Source: a virus
Lineage: Duplodnaviria; Caudoviricetes
IMG/VR virus record: IMGVR_UViG_3300032218_001507
Span: 1-61,850 of that record
Direction: 5' to 3' (one strand)
Length of the DNA: 61,850 bases
Both the position numbers and the translations under genes were made by a program. The stretch's first letter is position 1, and every line of letters begins with the position of its first letter. This document shows positions 44,369 to 52,941 of this stretch, piece after piece. A model generated the notes under the pieces. The model saw only the letters and a program-made list of their open reading frames with translations, did no database searches and was not told the DNA's origin.

Positions 44369-45874
44369 TTAGACCAGGGTCTTTTGGCTGAGGTCAATGA
44401 CGACGAATTCTGCAGGGTACTGCAGTGCCACACCGACCTGGATGTGAACTTCGCCATTAGCGATTGCTTGGGCTGTGTTGTTTTGTGCATCACACTTAAT
44501 GAAGAACGCTTGTGTGTTGTTAGCTCCACGAAGCCCGCCCTGATTTCGGTATTCATTTAAGAATACTGTAAGGGAGGTATTGATGCGAGCCCATAGGCGC
44601 TCATCATTGTTTTCAAAGACTGCAAACTCTGTAAGGTTCTTAAGGTTCTTACGGATATAGTTCAAAGAACGACGCATGTTTACATATTTGTTTGCTGTTC
44701 CATCTTGCTTAAGTGTACGAGCACCCATTACAGAAAGACCTGCACCAGGAATCTGGCGAAGAGCATTTACTGGAGCAGTAGCAGAGTTAAGTGAATCAAG
44801 TTCTGTTGATGTAAATGACTTCTCTACAGCAACAACGCCTTGAACAGTAGTTGTGATACCTGCAGGTGCCTTGAAGACGCCACGACCAGCGTCAGTTGCT
44901 AAGTAAAGTCCTGCAACAGCACCTGCTGGACCAATCTTGCGAAGTGAACCTGAACCACGACCAATTGGGTCAGCAATGTAAAGGTTAGGGAAGTAAACAG
45001 CAGCAGCACTTGAAGACATCAAACCGCTAGCAAAGGTCAACGCCTCTGTAACTGTTTGGTCAGCATCGGTATCTACAACAACAAATGAGTTGTTATCTTC
45101 AGCCCATGATGATGCTGAATCAATTACTGTGTCAATATCAGCTGCAAGTGTTTTGTGGATTTCTGGAAGAAAAACAACAAGAGGACGGTCAAGAGATGAG
45201 AAGCTCTCAAACACTGAATCACCAGTTGAGTGGTAGTTTGTGTAATCTGCTGCAACAACTGCTGTTCCATTAGCTCCTGCTGAAAGTGGGTACTTGTTTA
45301 GTACAGGTACTCCTGAAGCACTTGCACTAATTGTAATTGCTGAAGAAACAGTATTTACAACTGTCTCTGCAAAATCACTTGAAGTAGAGTCATTAAAAAC
45401 AATGTTCTCATAGCGCTCTAAGAGAATGTCATCTGAGATAACGTTAGCAACGCCAGCTTCACGATAGACAGTCAATGTGTAAGTAGCAGCAACTGAACCA
45501 GCTGAAATAACAACACGAAGGTTGTTTCCATCTGCTCCTGCATTTTTTGCAGTAACAGTTGCAACTGTTGCGCTTCCTACTGTAACAATATCTGTATGTG
45601 CTTTAACAGCGTCTGAATGTAGAACACGTTTTACATAAAGCTCACGTCCGCCATTGGAGAAGAATGCTCCAACGCCGAATGTTGCTGGGTACTGAGCGTT
45701 GTATCCGCCAAAGTACTTATTGAACTCATACCACGATGATACGAGGGTTACGCTTTCTGGGCCTTGTGCGAAGGGCGCAACAACGGCACCAGCAGCGTTA
45801 GCTGACACTCCACCGGGAATGCTTGCTGGTAGAAGGCGTTCACTAATGTAAACACCAGGACGGCTATAAGCCAT
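44369..45874 (-). CDS. Tail sheath protein
   Basis: RPGVYI.E, FF.NGG, RGVFKAPAG, GARTL, Y.N.RR, FAVFE.ND..LW, PAEFV. Confidence 0.96.
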   Translation of the reverse strand: MAYSRPGVYISERLLPASIPGGVSANAAGAVVAPFAQGPESVTLVSSWYEFNKYFGGYNAQYPATFGVGAFFSNGGRELYVKRVLHSDAVKAHTDIVTVGSATVATVTAKNAGADGNNLRVVISAGSVAATYTLTVYREAGVANVISDDILLERYENIVFNDSTSSDFAETVVNTVSSAITISASASGVPVLNKYPLSAGANGTAVVAADYTNYHSTGDSVFESFSSLDRPLVVFLPEIHKTLAADIDTVIDSASSWAEDNNSFVVVDTDADQTVTEALTFASGLMSSSAAAVYFPNLYIADPIGRGSGSLRKIGPAGAVAGLYLATDAGRGVFKAPAGITTTVQGVVAVEKSFTSTELDSLNSATAPVNALRQIPGAGLSVMGARTLKQDGTANKYVNMRRSLNYIRKNLKNLTEFAVFENNDERLWARINTSLTVFLNEYRNQGGLRGANNTQAFFIKCDAQNNTAQAIANGEVHIQVGVALQYPAEFVVIDLSQKTLV

Positions 45875-45904
45875 GGTTTCTCCTTAGGGTTGTAGGTAGG
45901 TTCC

Positions 45905-46591
45905 TTATGGTGCCGTTATGTTGTACGAAATTGGGGTAAACGTTCCACGACCAATAATTTGGCTTTGTGTAGTAGTTGGTCCCGTAGCGATGACTTGTAA
46001 CGCTTTGTAAACTTTGCTGTATGTTTCTGGCGCAATCTCAGAGGAGACTCGCACAGTAAATGCGTTTACGAATAAACGCTTGCCTTGCTCTGTAACATCT
46101 CGTTTAGAGATATCCAAAACATCTAGACGACGAACAGTATTGTCATCTGTCTCCAGTACGGCAAAACGCAATGGAATCTTTTTGTATAGCATTTGCGCCA
46201 AAATCTCACGGTCATGACGAGGTTGGCGGGCATAGGTTGTAATTTGGTAATCAATGTTTACTGGAATTGGATAGTGAATCATCCAATCGTTAACAGCATC
46301 ATCATATTGAACCGCTTGAGTGCTTTGAGTTGCTTCCACCATATTAGTTGGGTCACCCATATATCCAGGCTTTACAAGGCCACGGTGCGCACGAACAAAA
46401 TCTTCAGCAATATCAATCATATCAATAGTGATGTAAGGGTAGCTCTGCGCTGTAATCTCCTGGTCAGGTTGCCCAAACCAAACGCCAACTTTACGTTGAG
46501 GTCCTTCTCCTGTAACGGATTTCTGGTCAGTAACAACCATATCCTTTAGGAGAGTACGAAGAGCAGCGTCTTCTGAAAGAAGGAATGTCAT
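45905..46591 (-). CDS. Tail terminator/completion protein
   Basis: YPYITI, PxxxDYQI; immediately upstream of the sheath gene. Confidence 0.65.
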   Translation of the reverse strand: MTFLLSEDAALRTLLKDMVVTDQKSVTGEGPQRKVGVWFGQPDQEITAQSYPYITIDMIDIAEDFVRAHRGLVKPGYMGDPTNMVEATQSTQAVQYDDAVNDWMIHYPIPVNIDYQITTYARQPRHDREILAQMLYKKIPLRFAVLETDDNTVRRLDVLDISKRDVTEQGKRLFVNAFTVRVSSEIAPETYSKVYKALQVIATGPTTTQSQIIGRGTFTPISYNITAP

Positions 46592-46905
46592 AGCTCACCT
46601 AGTATCTTGTGCATACGTCCAGCAAGGAACTTATCCGCTTCGCTGGTGCGGTTGGCAAAACGGCGTACTGCAGCTGTTGGGCGCATAGTTGTATTGCCGT
46701 ACTCAAGGTCGTTAGCTTCTTCTTTATGAGCATCGTGCGTATGGGCTTCAAAGCCTTTGTCGCTATAGGTAACACCCATATTGCCAACAACGTGAGAAGG
46801 CCAACCACTAGCGTGGGCTTCTGAACGTAGGTGTGCTGTCATGAATTGTGATGTCTCATGACTTGCTTGATGAATTGCGTTTTGAAAAGCGTGGATTTCT
46901 TTCAT
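46588..46905 (-). CDS. Putative neck/tail-completion protein
   Basis: LEYG...P motif as in HK97 gp10-like proteins; position. Confidence 0.55.
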   Translation of the reverse strand: MKEIHAFQNAIHQASHETSQFMTAHLRSEAHASGWPSHVVGNMGVTYSDKGFEAHTHDAHKEEANDLEYGNTTMRPTAAVRRFANRTSEADKFLAGRMHKILGEL

Positions 46906-47015
46906 AGTTCAACCACCATCTGGGTAGGTGAAAGCAGCATGAATAAATCCCCTTATCAAACGCAAGTAGTTGGGAACTACACAGGGTTCGCACGAACTCC
47001 CGATACTGCAATGAT

Positions 47016-47042
47016 AAAGAAGAAAGGCCCCTTTCGGGGCCT
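47016..47042 (-). terminator. Intrinsic terminator
   Basis: Minus strand aggcccc-gaaa-ggggcct followed by ttcttcttt. Confidence 0.85.
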
Positions 47043-47048
47043 AACTAC

Positions 47049-47306
47049 TTACTTCTTTTTCTTACCTTTAGACTTGATGTCTTTGGCTAGTGCCTTGTCC
47101 ATCATTTTGTCTTTTGAAGGAGATGGCTTCTTCTTATCCATCTTCTTATCTTTCTTCTTAAACTCTAGCATTTGAGCTGGGGTCATATTCTTCATGACCT
47201 TAGCGTCTTGCTGTTTGTCACGAGCACCAGCACATGTGGCACAAGTGCACTTACATCCTGCTGCTGGCTTTCCTGCCTTGCAGCCACAACCACATTTAGC
47301 GCACAT
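47049..47306 (-). CDS. Cys-rich (metallothionein-like N-terminus), Lys-rich small protein
   Basis: 8 Cys in the first 25 residues; K/D/M-rich tail. Confidence 0.75.
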   Translation of the reverse strand: MCAKCGCGCKAGKPAAGCKCTCATCAGARDKQQDAKVMKNMTPAQMLEFKKKDKKMDKKKPSPSKDKMMDKALAKDIKSKGKKKK

Positions 47307-47452
47307 TACTTCTTCTTTCCACGAAGCATGGCAAAGTCTTTTTTATCTAGCTTTCCATTTTTGTCCATGTCAAGCTTGCTTTGCTTACCTGTCATCTTTT
47401 TAGCAGGTGACTTCTTAGCAGCCTTCTTGCCGCAACCACATGTAGCACACAT
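47306..47452 (-). CDS. Lys-rich small protein with EF-hand-like loop (48 aa, not in ORF track)
   Basis: MCATCGCGKK...DMDKNGKLDKKDFAMLRGKKK; TAATG overlap. Confidence 0.7.
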   Translation of the reverse strand: MCATCGCGKKAAKKSPAKKMTGKQSKLDMDKNGKLDKKDFAMLRGKKK

Positions 47453-47453
47453 A

Positions 47454-47597
47454 TTACTTGCTCACTTTCTTTTTAGGTTTTGATTTTGGAATTCTGCCAG
47501 AACGGTCTGGCACGCAGTTTGGTACTTTCTTGCCGTTCTTCATCTTCATACCTACTTGAGTATAGCCATCCCAGCAAGGGTCTGTTTTTTTAGCCAT
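47454..47597 (-). CDS. Lys-rich small protein (47 aa, not in ORF track)
   Basis: CWDGY.QVGMK.KNGKKVPNCVP motif; TAATG overlap. Confidence 0.7.
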   Translation of the reverse strand: MAKKTDPCWDGYTQVGMKMKNGKKVPNCVPDRSGRIPKSKPKKKVSK

Positions 47598-47866
47598 TAG
47601 CAGTCCCACGCTCTTCTAGCTTTATTCAATCTACTGTTTGGGTCTTTTGCTGCTGCAGGAAACATTTTAGCTTGACCAGCAGAACGAGCACAGTAACTTT
47701 TACGACGAGCAGCAGACTTCTTAGATTTAGCTGCTTGTTCTTTTTTTACAGGAGGCTTTAGGTCAGAGCCTGGGTGTGCTTTCTCGTAAGACTTACGTCC
47801 TTTTTCATTAAGCCCGCCTTTAGCGTTCTTACCTTCTTTACGAGTCCATGCTTCAGTCTTTGGCAT
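47597..47866 (-). CDS. DUF6321-like basic protein
   Basis: GGLNEKGRKSY...LKPPV...RRKSYCAR...KDPNSR...W.C. Confidence 0.75.
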   Translation of the reverse strand: MPKTEAWTRKEGKNAKGGLNEKGRKSYEKAHPGSDLKPPVKKEQAAKSKKSAARRKSYCARSAGQAKMFPAAAKDPNSRLNKARRAWDC

Positions 47867-47867
47867 A

Positions 47868-48059
47868 TTACTTTCCTGTCGTTCTGTGATATTTTTTTAC
47901 GGCTTTAACGCCTTGTTGAATATTTTTAGCACCAGCTTTTTTAGTGAGGTTAATCTTATCCCAAGGACCTTTGTTGCCTTCATGGTCAACAATGATGTCA
48001 CCTTTTTTGTTCTTCTTAATAACGTGTTTTTCACCAGCGGCTTTAATAGTCTTAGACAT
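47868..48059 (-). CDS. Lys-rich small protein
   Basis: Operon packing. Confidence 0.7.
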   Translation of the reverse strand: MSKTIKAAGEKHVIKKNKKGDIIVDHEGNKGPWDKINLTKKAGAKNIQQGVKAVKKYHRTTGK

Positions 48060-48264
48060 TTTTCTTTGCCTTTACAGAAATAGGTTTTGGTTTATTAGCA
48101 GCAGCATGTTTTTCTTTAAGCTTAGCAAATTCAACCTTATGCTTTGCCTCTAGTGCTTCAATCTCTAATTTATGAGACTCAGGAGTTCTAGATGCCATAA
48201 GTTTTAATCCTCCACCATTAGGAAAAGGTAAGTGTTCTTGACCAAGTTTAAATGGATGCTCCAC
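48052..48264 (-). CDS. Small basic hypothetical protein
   Basis: GTG start; operon packing. Confidence 0.6.
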   Translation of the reverse strand: MEHPFKLGQEHLPFPNGGGLKLMASRTPESHKLEIEALEAKHKVEFAKLKEKHAAANKPKPISVKAKKNV

Positions 48265-48265
48265 G

Positions 48266-48454
48266 TTACTTTTTCTTTGCTGCCTTGCGGCCTTCGGTTA
48301 ATGCAATAGCTACAGCTTGTTTTTTAGATTTAACTGTTGGACCTTTACCAGGACCAGGTTTACCTGAATGAAGTTTGCCAGACTTGTACTCTGACATTAC
48401 TTTTTCAACTTTGCCTTTATTCGGCGTCGTCTTCTTCGCTGTAGTCTTCTTCAT
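48266..48454 (-). CDS. DUF6496-like basic protein
   Basis: KVEKVMSEYKSGKLHSG...VKSKKQAVAIAL.E. Confidence 0.8.
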   Translation of the reverse strand: MKKTTAKKTTPNKGKVEKVMSEYKSGKLHSGKPGPGKGPTVKSKKQAVAIALTEGRKAAKKK

Positions 48455-48575
48455 CGGTATCCTCTTCCAGTTCGTCTTCCTCTAAATTATAGTCTTCAGA
48501 TAGTTCAACTTCAGCTTTAAGTTTTTCATCAAAAAGGTCTAAATCAAGCTCTGGTTCAAAGGTTTCATCTGTCAT
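48417..48575 (-). CDS. Extremely acidic small protein (52 aa, not in ORF track)
   Basis: aaggag SD; MTDETFEPELDLDLFDEKLKAEVELSEDYNLEEDELEEDTDEEDYSEEDDAE. Confidence 0.7.
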   Translation of the reverse strand: MTDETFEPELDLDLFDEKLKAEVELSEDYNLEEDELEEDTDEEDYSEEDDAE

Positions 48576-48586
48576 GGTTTATCTCC

Positions 48587-49120
48587 TTAGTTTGCGTAGG
48601 CCTGGAACTGGGGGTCGTTCACAAGTTCTTCAGAGTTTACAAGGTTCATGTCAATAGTTATTACTGAATAAAAATTAGAATAGCGCCCACGAGGAAGGAC
48701 ACGGGTAGGAACAAACACTTCACCCTGAAATACGGCACGGTCTTTGATGTGAGCATTGGGGTCAGTAAGCATCCCAGGAAGAAGACGATTAACGTCATTT
48801 ACAGCAACAACTAACCGCAGGGTATCTACAACGTAAAATCCGCGCTCGTTCATAATATTGGTACCACGAAGTTGTTGCGCCATAATTACGGGCATTTTAA
48901 ATGGGGTATTCCAACGACGGCCTTGACCCTCTTCTTGATTAGAGACGTCGTAGATAGGGTCTACCCAGGTGTTGTAATCAGCAGCTAAAGCTGCAGGGTC
49001 CCAAGCCCACCAATCAACTTCCGTACCCACTGGGTCACGGAGTTCATCAACAACGCCTTCTTCCATTGACTTATTTTCAAAGTCAATTTTGAATCGTCCT
49101 TGTACTTTTGAACCACGCAT
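48587..49120 (-). CDS. Putative head-tail adaptor/neck protein
   Basis: DPIYD...G; beta-rich; heads the late operon upstream of tail genes; function is inference. Confidence 0.5.
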   Translation of the reverse strand: MRGSKVQGRFKIDFENKSMEEGVVDELRDPVGTEVDWWAWDPAALAADYNTWVDPIYDVSNQEEGQGRRWNTPFKMPVIMAQQLRGTNIMNERGFYVVDTLRLVVAVNDVNRLLPGMLTDPNAHIKDRAVFQGEVFVPTRVLPRGRYSNFYSVITIDMNLVNSEELVNDPQFQAYAN

Positions 49121-49127
49121 GGTAAGG

Positions 49128-49148
49128 ATTATCCCCTATCTATACTAG
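49128..49148 (-). promoter_or_regulatory. Candidate late-promoter motif (copy 1)
   Basis: ctagtatagataggggataat-N7-ATG; 16/21 identical to the copy at 52898-52918. Confidence 0.55.
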
Positions 49149-49170
49149 AAATAAAGGATTTACTTAGACG

Positions 49171-49374
49171 CTATTCCCTGCCCCAGTTAACTTTATTCCA
49201 AATGCGCTCATGGACGTAGTAAAGAAAAATCTTAGTAAAAACCTCAGTTGCCGAGATAGCAAGGGCAAATTTAATCTTTTTAGTAATAATGTAAGTTAAA
49301 ACAAATGTATCAAAGGTGCCCGTTAACCGCCAAGTTACCGCTTTAACAAAAGAACGTCCGTGGGAAACCCACAT
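49171..49374 (-). CDS. DUF2061-family small membrane protein (start may lie further upstream)
   Basis: RSFVKAVTWR..GT.DT...E...K..LYY.HER.W....WG. Confidence 0.85.
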   Translation of the reverse strand: MWVSHGRSFVKAVTWRLTGTFDTFVLTYIITKKIKFALAISATEVFTKIFLYYVHERIWNKVNWGRE

Positions 49375-49441
49375 AATTGGCGCCCTACTCACAGGAGTTG
49401 CCCACATTCTTTCTTCAGCATCTCCAATACCTTTTCCTGCT

Positions 49442-50194
49442 TCATATACCCATCTCCTTACGCTTTTGAGTAGCGCTAATAGCTTCAATCTCATCACCTA
49501 ATTTCACCTGTTCAATCTTGTATCCAACGTCTCTACCGTAGACGATATTCGTAATGTTAGGCATCTTAACCACCATAGCGTTTTTCATGTGTGGGTCTTG
49601 ACTAATGTAGTGCTTGACCTCATCAAAAGACAGTGGGTCTTTCTCACTTGTGCCTTGGGTGTTTCTTACTCCTAGCATTACCTGACCAGTGCGCTTTTGC
49701 GCCTCATCATAAAGGGCGTGGTGCCCCTCATGCCAAGGTTGATAGCGCCCTAGCATTAAAGTAGTTGGAGTTTTCCAATCATGCAGACCGTTAACAGCGA
49801 TAACAAGGTTTGCTTGAGTTTCACTGTCATAGCTGGTAAAGCGGTGGTTAAACTCTGTAGGTTCTTCCCACAACTTGTTGGTATCTTCAAAGCGCCCCTG
49901 TTGAATAGTGTCCATCCAAATACAAATATCTGGCTTACCAAAAACGGTGCGTGTAGTTTGTGTTGGGCAGATAAAGTCCACTACAACTGTAAGTCCTTGA
50001 CCTGAAAGCATACGAGCCATCTCACCCATACGACGGGCATGCTCAATGCGGTCTTCTGGGCTAAAGCCTAAATCAGAGTTAATAGTAGAGCGCACATAAT
50101 CAGCATTTAAATGGACAGCATTAATACGGTCAACAAGTACTTTTGCTAACGTAGTTTTTCCTGAGCCTGGTAAACCAATTATTTGAATAATCAT
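49442..50194 (-). CDS. cysC: Adenylylsulfate kinase fused to an HxGH nucleotidyltransferase (cytidylyltransferase-like) domain
   Basis: GLPGSGKTT, AD.VR...DLGFS.EDR, F.CP; C-terminal LGRYQPWHEGH and ISAT..R. Confidence 0.85.
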   Translation of the reverse strand: MIIQIIGLPGSGKTTLAKVLVDRINAVHLNADYVRSTINSDLGFSPEDRIEHARRMGEMARMLSGQGLTVVVDFICPTQTTRTVFGKPDICIWMDTIQQGRFEDTNKLWEEPTEFNHRFTSYDSETQANLVIAVNGLHDWKTPTTLMLGRYQPWHEGHHALYDEAQKRTGQVMLGVRNTQGTSEKDPLSFDEVKHYISQDPHMKNAMVVKMPNITNIVYGRDVGYKIEQVKLGDEIEAISATQKRKEMGI

Positions 50195-50760
50195 TTTTTT
50201 TCCATTTCTTTTAATTCAAGGTACAGGTTTAAACACTCCGTAATCTGAGGAATTTCTTGAAGTGTATTTTTTATTTCAGTCAAAAATAATTGGTTATTTC
50301 TAGGCAAATTATCTACTTTATTATCTTTTATCATTGTATCCTTTACTACTTCTAAAGAAACTTTTTTTACAGGGTTTATATTGACAAAGTTAAATACTTT
50401 GTTTGTAATGTAATCTAAGTCTGTTTTAAAAACATTAAAGTCAAGTAAAAGTATATTAGTTAAGTTATTTAAAACATAAGAATAAAACCTTAAATAATAA
50501 GTAATGTCTTTATTTAAGTCTCTTGGATAGTTAAAGTTTTCTTGATATAGGTTCCAAGAAGAAATACAGTCTAATGGATTCCTAATAGGTGTTATTACAT
50601 GAGTATTTTCTTTAAATGTGTTTGTAACATGAGTTTGAGGCGACACTTCTTTATCTGGGTAATACAAGCATTTAAAAGAGTAATTTAAAAAAACATTACC
50701 ACTTCTGGGAAACCCCGAAGTAATTAAGCGGTTTTTATTGAACGATTGGTCCCGATTCAC
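50191..50760 (-). CDS. Sulfotransferase-family protein
   Basis: 5'-PSB loop GFPRSGN and 3'-PB motif IRNPLDCISSW; markedly AT-rich. Confidence 0.75.
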   Translation of the reverse strand: MNRDQSFNKNRLITSGFPRSGNVFLNYSFKCLYYPDKEVSPQTHVTNTFKENTHVITPIRNPLDCISSWNLYQENFNYPRDLNKDITYYLRFYSYVLNNLTNILLLDFNVFKTDLDYITNKVFNFVNINPVKKVSLEVVKDTMIKDNKVDNLPRNNQLFLTEIKNTLQEIPQITECLNLYLELKEMEKK

Positions 50761-51112
50761 CCTCTACCCAATTCCTTACAGACTCATCCCACATCCACAT
50801 TCCAGAATCTGGTTTTTCAACAGGCGCTTTCCAAATAAAATTTTTAGAATCAGGAACCCATGAAGGAAAAGGTTTTTGTGGTAAAAACATATCTATATCA
50901 GAAACATAGACATAGCCTGGGCTTGCATAGTTTCCTCTAAAAGGCGTACCACCTAAAGTGTGAACTCCTTTTATAGTATTGTAACTTGTTTTAATCCAAG
51001 TACCACCAAGATTTTCTGTAATAATGCGATAACCTTCGTCAGGCTCACTATTGTCGCCCACAATTACACGTAAAACAATTCCATCATTATCAATTTCTGC
51101 CCAATGTGACAT
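50735..51112 (-). CDS. MAHFA-type small tail-fibre partner protein (paralog 1)
   Basis: MSHWAEID...V.RV...GGTW..TSYN...FR.NYA..G..Y. Confidence 0.75.
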   Translation of the reverse strand: MSHWAEIDNDGIVLRVIVGDNSEPDEGYRIITENLGGTWIKTSYNTIKGVHTLGGTPFRGNYASPGYVYVSDIDMFLPQKPFPSWVPDSKNFIWKAPVEKPDSGMWMWDESVRNWVEGESGPIVQ

Positions 51113-52890
51113 TATCCACCTACCTGAGAACGAGTATAACGAACAATAATAACACCATTACCTCCAGCGCCTCCAGCCATTGTAGTATTAGCAGCGGTAG
51201 GTTGTCCCCCACCACCACCACCACCGCCTGTGTTATTGGCTGCAGCAGTTCCTCCTACGTTCTGTGAACCACCACTACCACCGCCGCCGTTACCCCCACT
51301 TGCACTGTTTGCCCCACCACCACCACCAGCGTAATAATATGTTCCACTAACATTGTGACCTGTACTTGTTGCGCTACCCCATGAGGAGTACGCAGATGTA
51401 CCAACGCCACCTGCGCCACCCGAAGATGCTCCGCTTGAATCTCCTCCTACGGCTCCCGCACCACCGCCGCCTGCACCAGTAGTGCCGCTTGCTGACCCTG
51501 CCGAACCGCCATCGTTTCCTTGTGGGCTTGTTCCTTTAGTAGGCATGCGGAGAAAAGTGCCATTTTGGTAGAACTGAATTCCGCCCCCACCAGAACCGTA
51601 AGTACCGCTTGTTCCACTAGAAAAATTGCCAGGCCCACCCCCTGGTAGTGCTGTTGTTAGTGCGCCAAATGTTGAACTATTACCAGGATTATTACGCCCA
51701 CCTCCGCCACCTACTGTGGCTGTGTAACTTCCTGTAGATAGTGTTTGTGAAGCCTGGTACACAACGCCGCCCGCCCCTCCTCCACTTCCTCTAATATAAG
51801 TTACTGTGCCCTTACTGTTAAAATACCAACCATCGTAACCGCCAGCACCTCCAGCGATGGTCAAAATATCAGCTGTAATGCTTGCGTTAGAAACCGATAA
51901 CGTGTTGGTTGAAGTAAACGTACGGTAGTAATAGGTAGCATCTGAAGTAAGTGTTCCACCAGAAACAGTAGGAAGAGAATATGGAGTAATTGAGTTAGAT
52001 GCTGAAGATGCAACAGATGTTCCATTAGCATTTACCGCTGAAATTGTAAAAGTATAGGCTTGACCTGATGCAAAAGTCCCTGTAACTGTTAATGGAGTTG
52101 AAGTTCCTGATACCGAAAGAGAAACTGATGGGCTTGATGTTGCGGTGTAACTGGTTATTGCTGAACCACCAGTAGCACCTGCAGTAAACGGAATTGAAAC
52201 AGTTGTTGAGTTGGTAACTGTAGCGGTTCCAATAGTAGGAGCAGCAGGAACAGTAGTAGCGGTCACAGAAGCAGAGGCAGTAGAAGCACTTGATGTTCCA
52301 TTGGCGTTTGTTGCTGTAACTGTGTATGTGTAACCAGTTGCAGATTGCTGTCCTGTTACAACAATAGGAGAAGAAGAACCAGTTCCTGTGAAAGAACCAG
52401 GAGAAGAAATAACTGTATAAGAAGAGATTGCAGAACCACCAGTTGCGGAGGCTGTAAATGCAATAGATGCAGAGCCGTTGTTATAAGCACGCCCTGAGGG
52501 AGAATCAGTTGCAGTAGGTGCTGCTGGAGCGTTTGGAACTGTAGTTGCTGTAATAGAGCTAGAGGCAGAGGATGCTGCACTTGAGCCTTGAGATGCGTTA
52601 GCTTTTACTGTAAATGTATAAGATGTGGCGCTTTGTAATCCCGTTACTGTTAAAGGAGAAGAAGAACCAGTAGCTGTAAAGGCGCCAGTATTATCTGTAG
52701 CTGTATATCCAGTAATAGATGAGCCCCAATAAGTGGTATCTGGGGTAAAAGAGACAGTAGCAGAACCATTGTTATACGCACGTGAGGTACCCACATTTGT
52801 AGCTGAAGGTGAGGTAGGAGCATTAGGCACATCGGCAATTTTGCCTATTGCACCATCTACTGACTCACCTGAGGCATTGCGTATAGACAT
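51112..52890 (-). CDS. Tail fibre/adhesin: three FN3-like repeats plus a Gly-rich domain
   Basis: P.AP...V.FT...GGSAI..YT...GL...T.YTF.V.A.NA.G repeats; AGGGGG tracts; G.VI.RY end. Confidence 0.8.
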   Translation of the reverse strand: MSIRNASGESVDGAIGKIADVPNAPTSPSATNVGTSRAYNNGSATVSFTPDTTYWGSSITGYTATDNTGAFTATGSSSPLTVTGLQSATSYTFTVKANASQGSSAASSASSSITATTVPNAPAAPTATDSPSGRAYNNGSASIAFTASATGGSAISSYTVISSPGSFTGTGSSSPIVVTGQQSATGYTYTVTATNANGTSSASTASASVTATTVPAAPTIGTATVTNSTTVSIPFTAGATGGSAITSYTATSSPSVSLSVSGTSTPLTVTGTFASGQAYTFTISAVNANGTSVASSASNSITPYSLPTVSGGTLTSDATYYYRTFTSTNTLSVSNASITADILTIAGGAGGYDGWYFNSKGTVTYIRGSGGGAGGVVYQASQTLSTGSYTATVGGGGGRNNPGNSSTFGALTTALPGGGPGNFSSGTSGTYGSGGGGIQFYQNGTFLRMPTKGTSPQGNDGGSAGSASGTTGAGGGGAGAVGGDSSGASSGGAGGVGTSAYSSWGSATSTGHNVSGTYYYAGGGGGANSASGGNGGGGSGGSQNVGGTAAANNTGGGGGGGGQPTAANTTMAGGAGGNGVIIVRYTRSQVGG

Positions 52891-52897
52891 AGTGTCT

Positions 52898-52918
52898 AGT
52901 ATCTCCTGTCTTTACTGG
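52898..52918 (-). promoter_or_regulatory. Candidate late-promoter motif (copy 2)
   Basis: ccagtaaagacaggagatact-N7-ATG. Confidence 0.55.
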
Positions 52919-52941
52919 AAAAAATTGATAAAGCGCCGAAT

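Noticed and set aside
32654-46591. Bacterial contractile injection system (eCIS/tailocin) instead of a phage
   Set aside because: Contiguous with a full phage replication/recombination module and early genes; head genes are probably outside the window
5877-47483. Numerous opposite-strand or nested ORFs in the track (e.g. 5877-6263, 6643-7020, 35208-35651, 46193-46549, 47172-47483)
   Set aside because: Shadows of well-supported genes, with no SD or recognisable motifs
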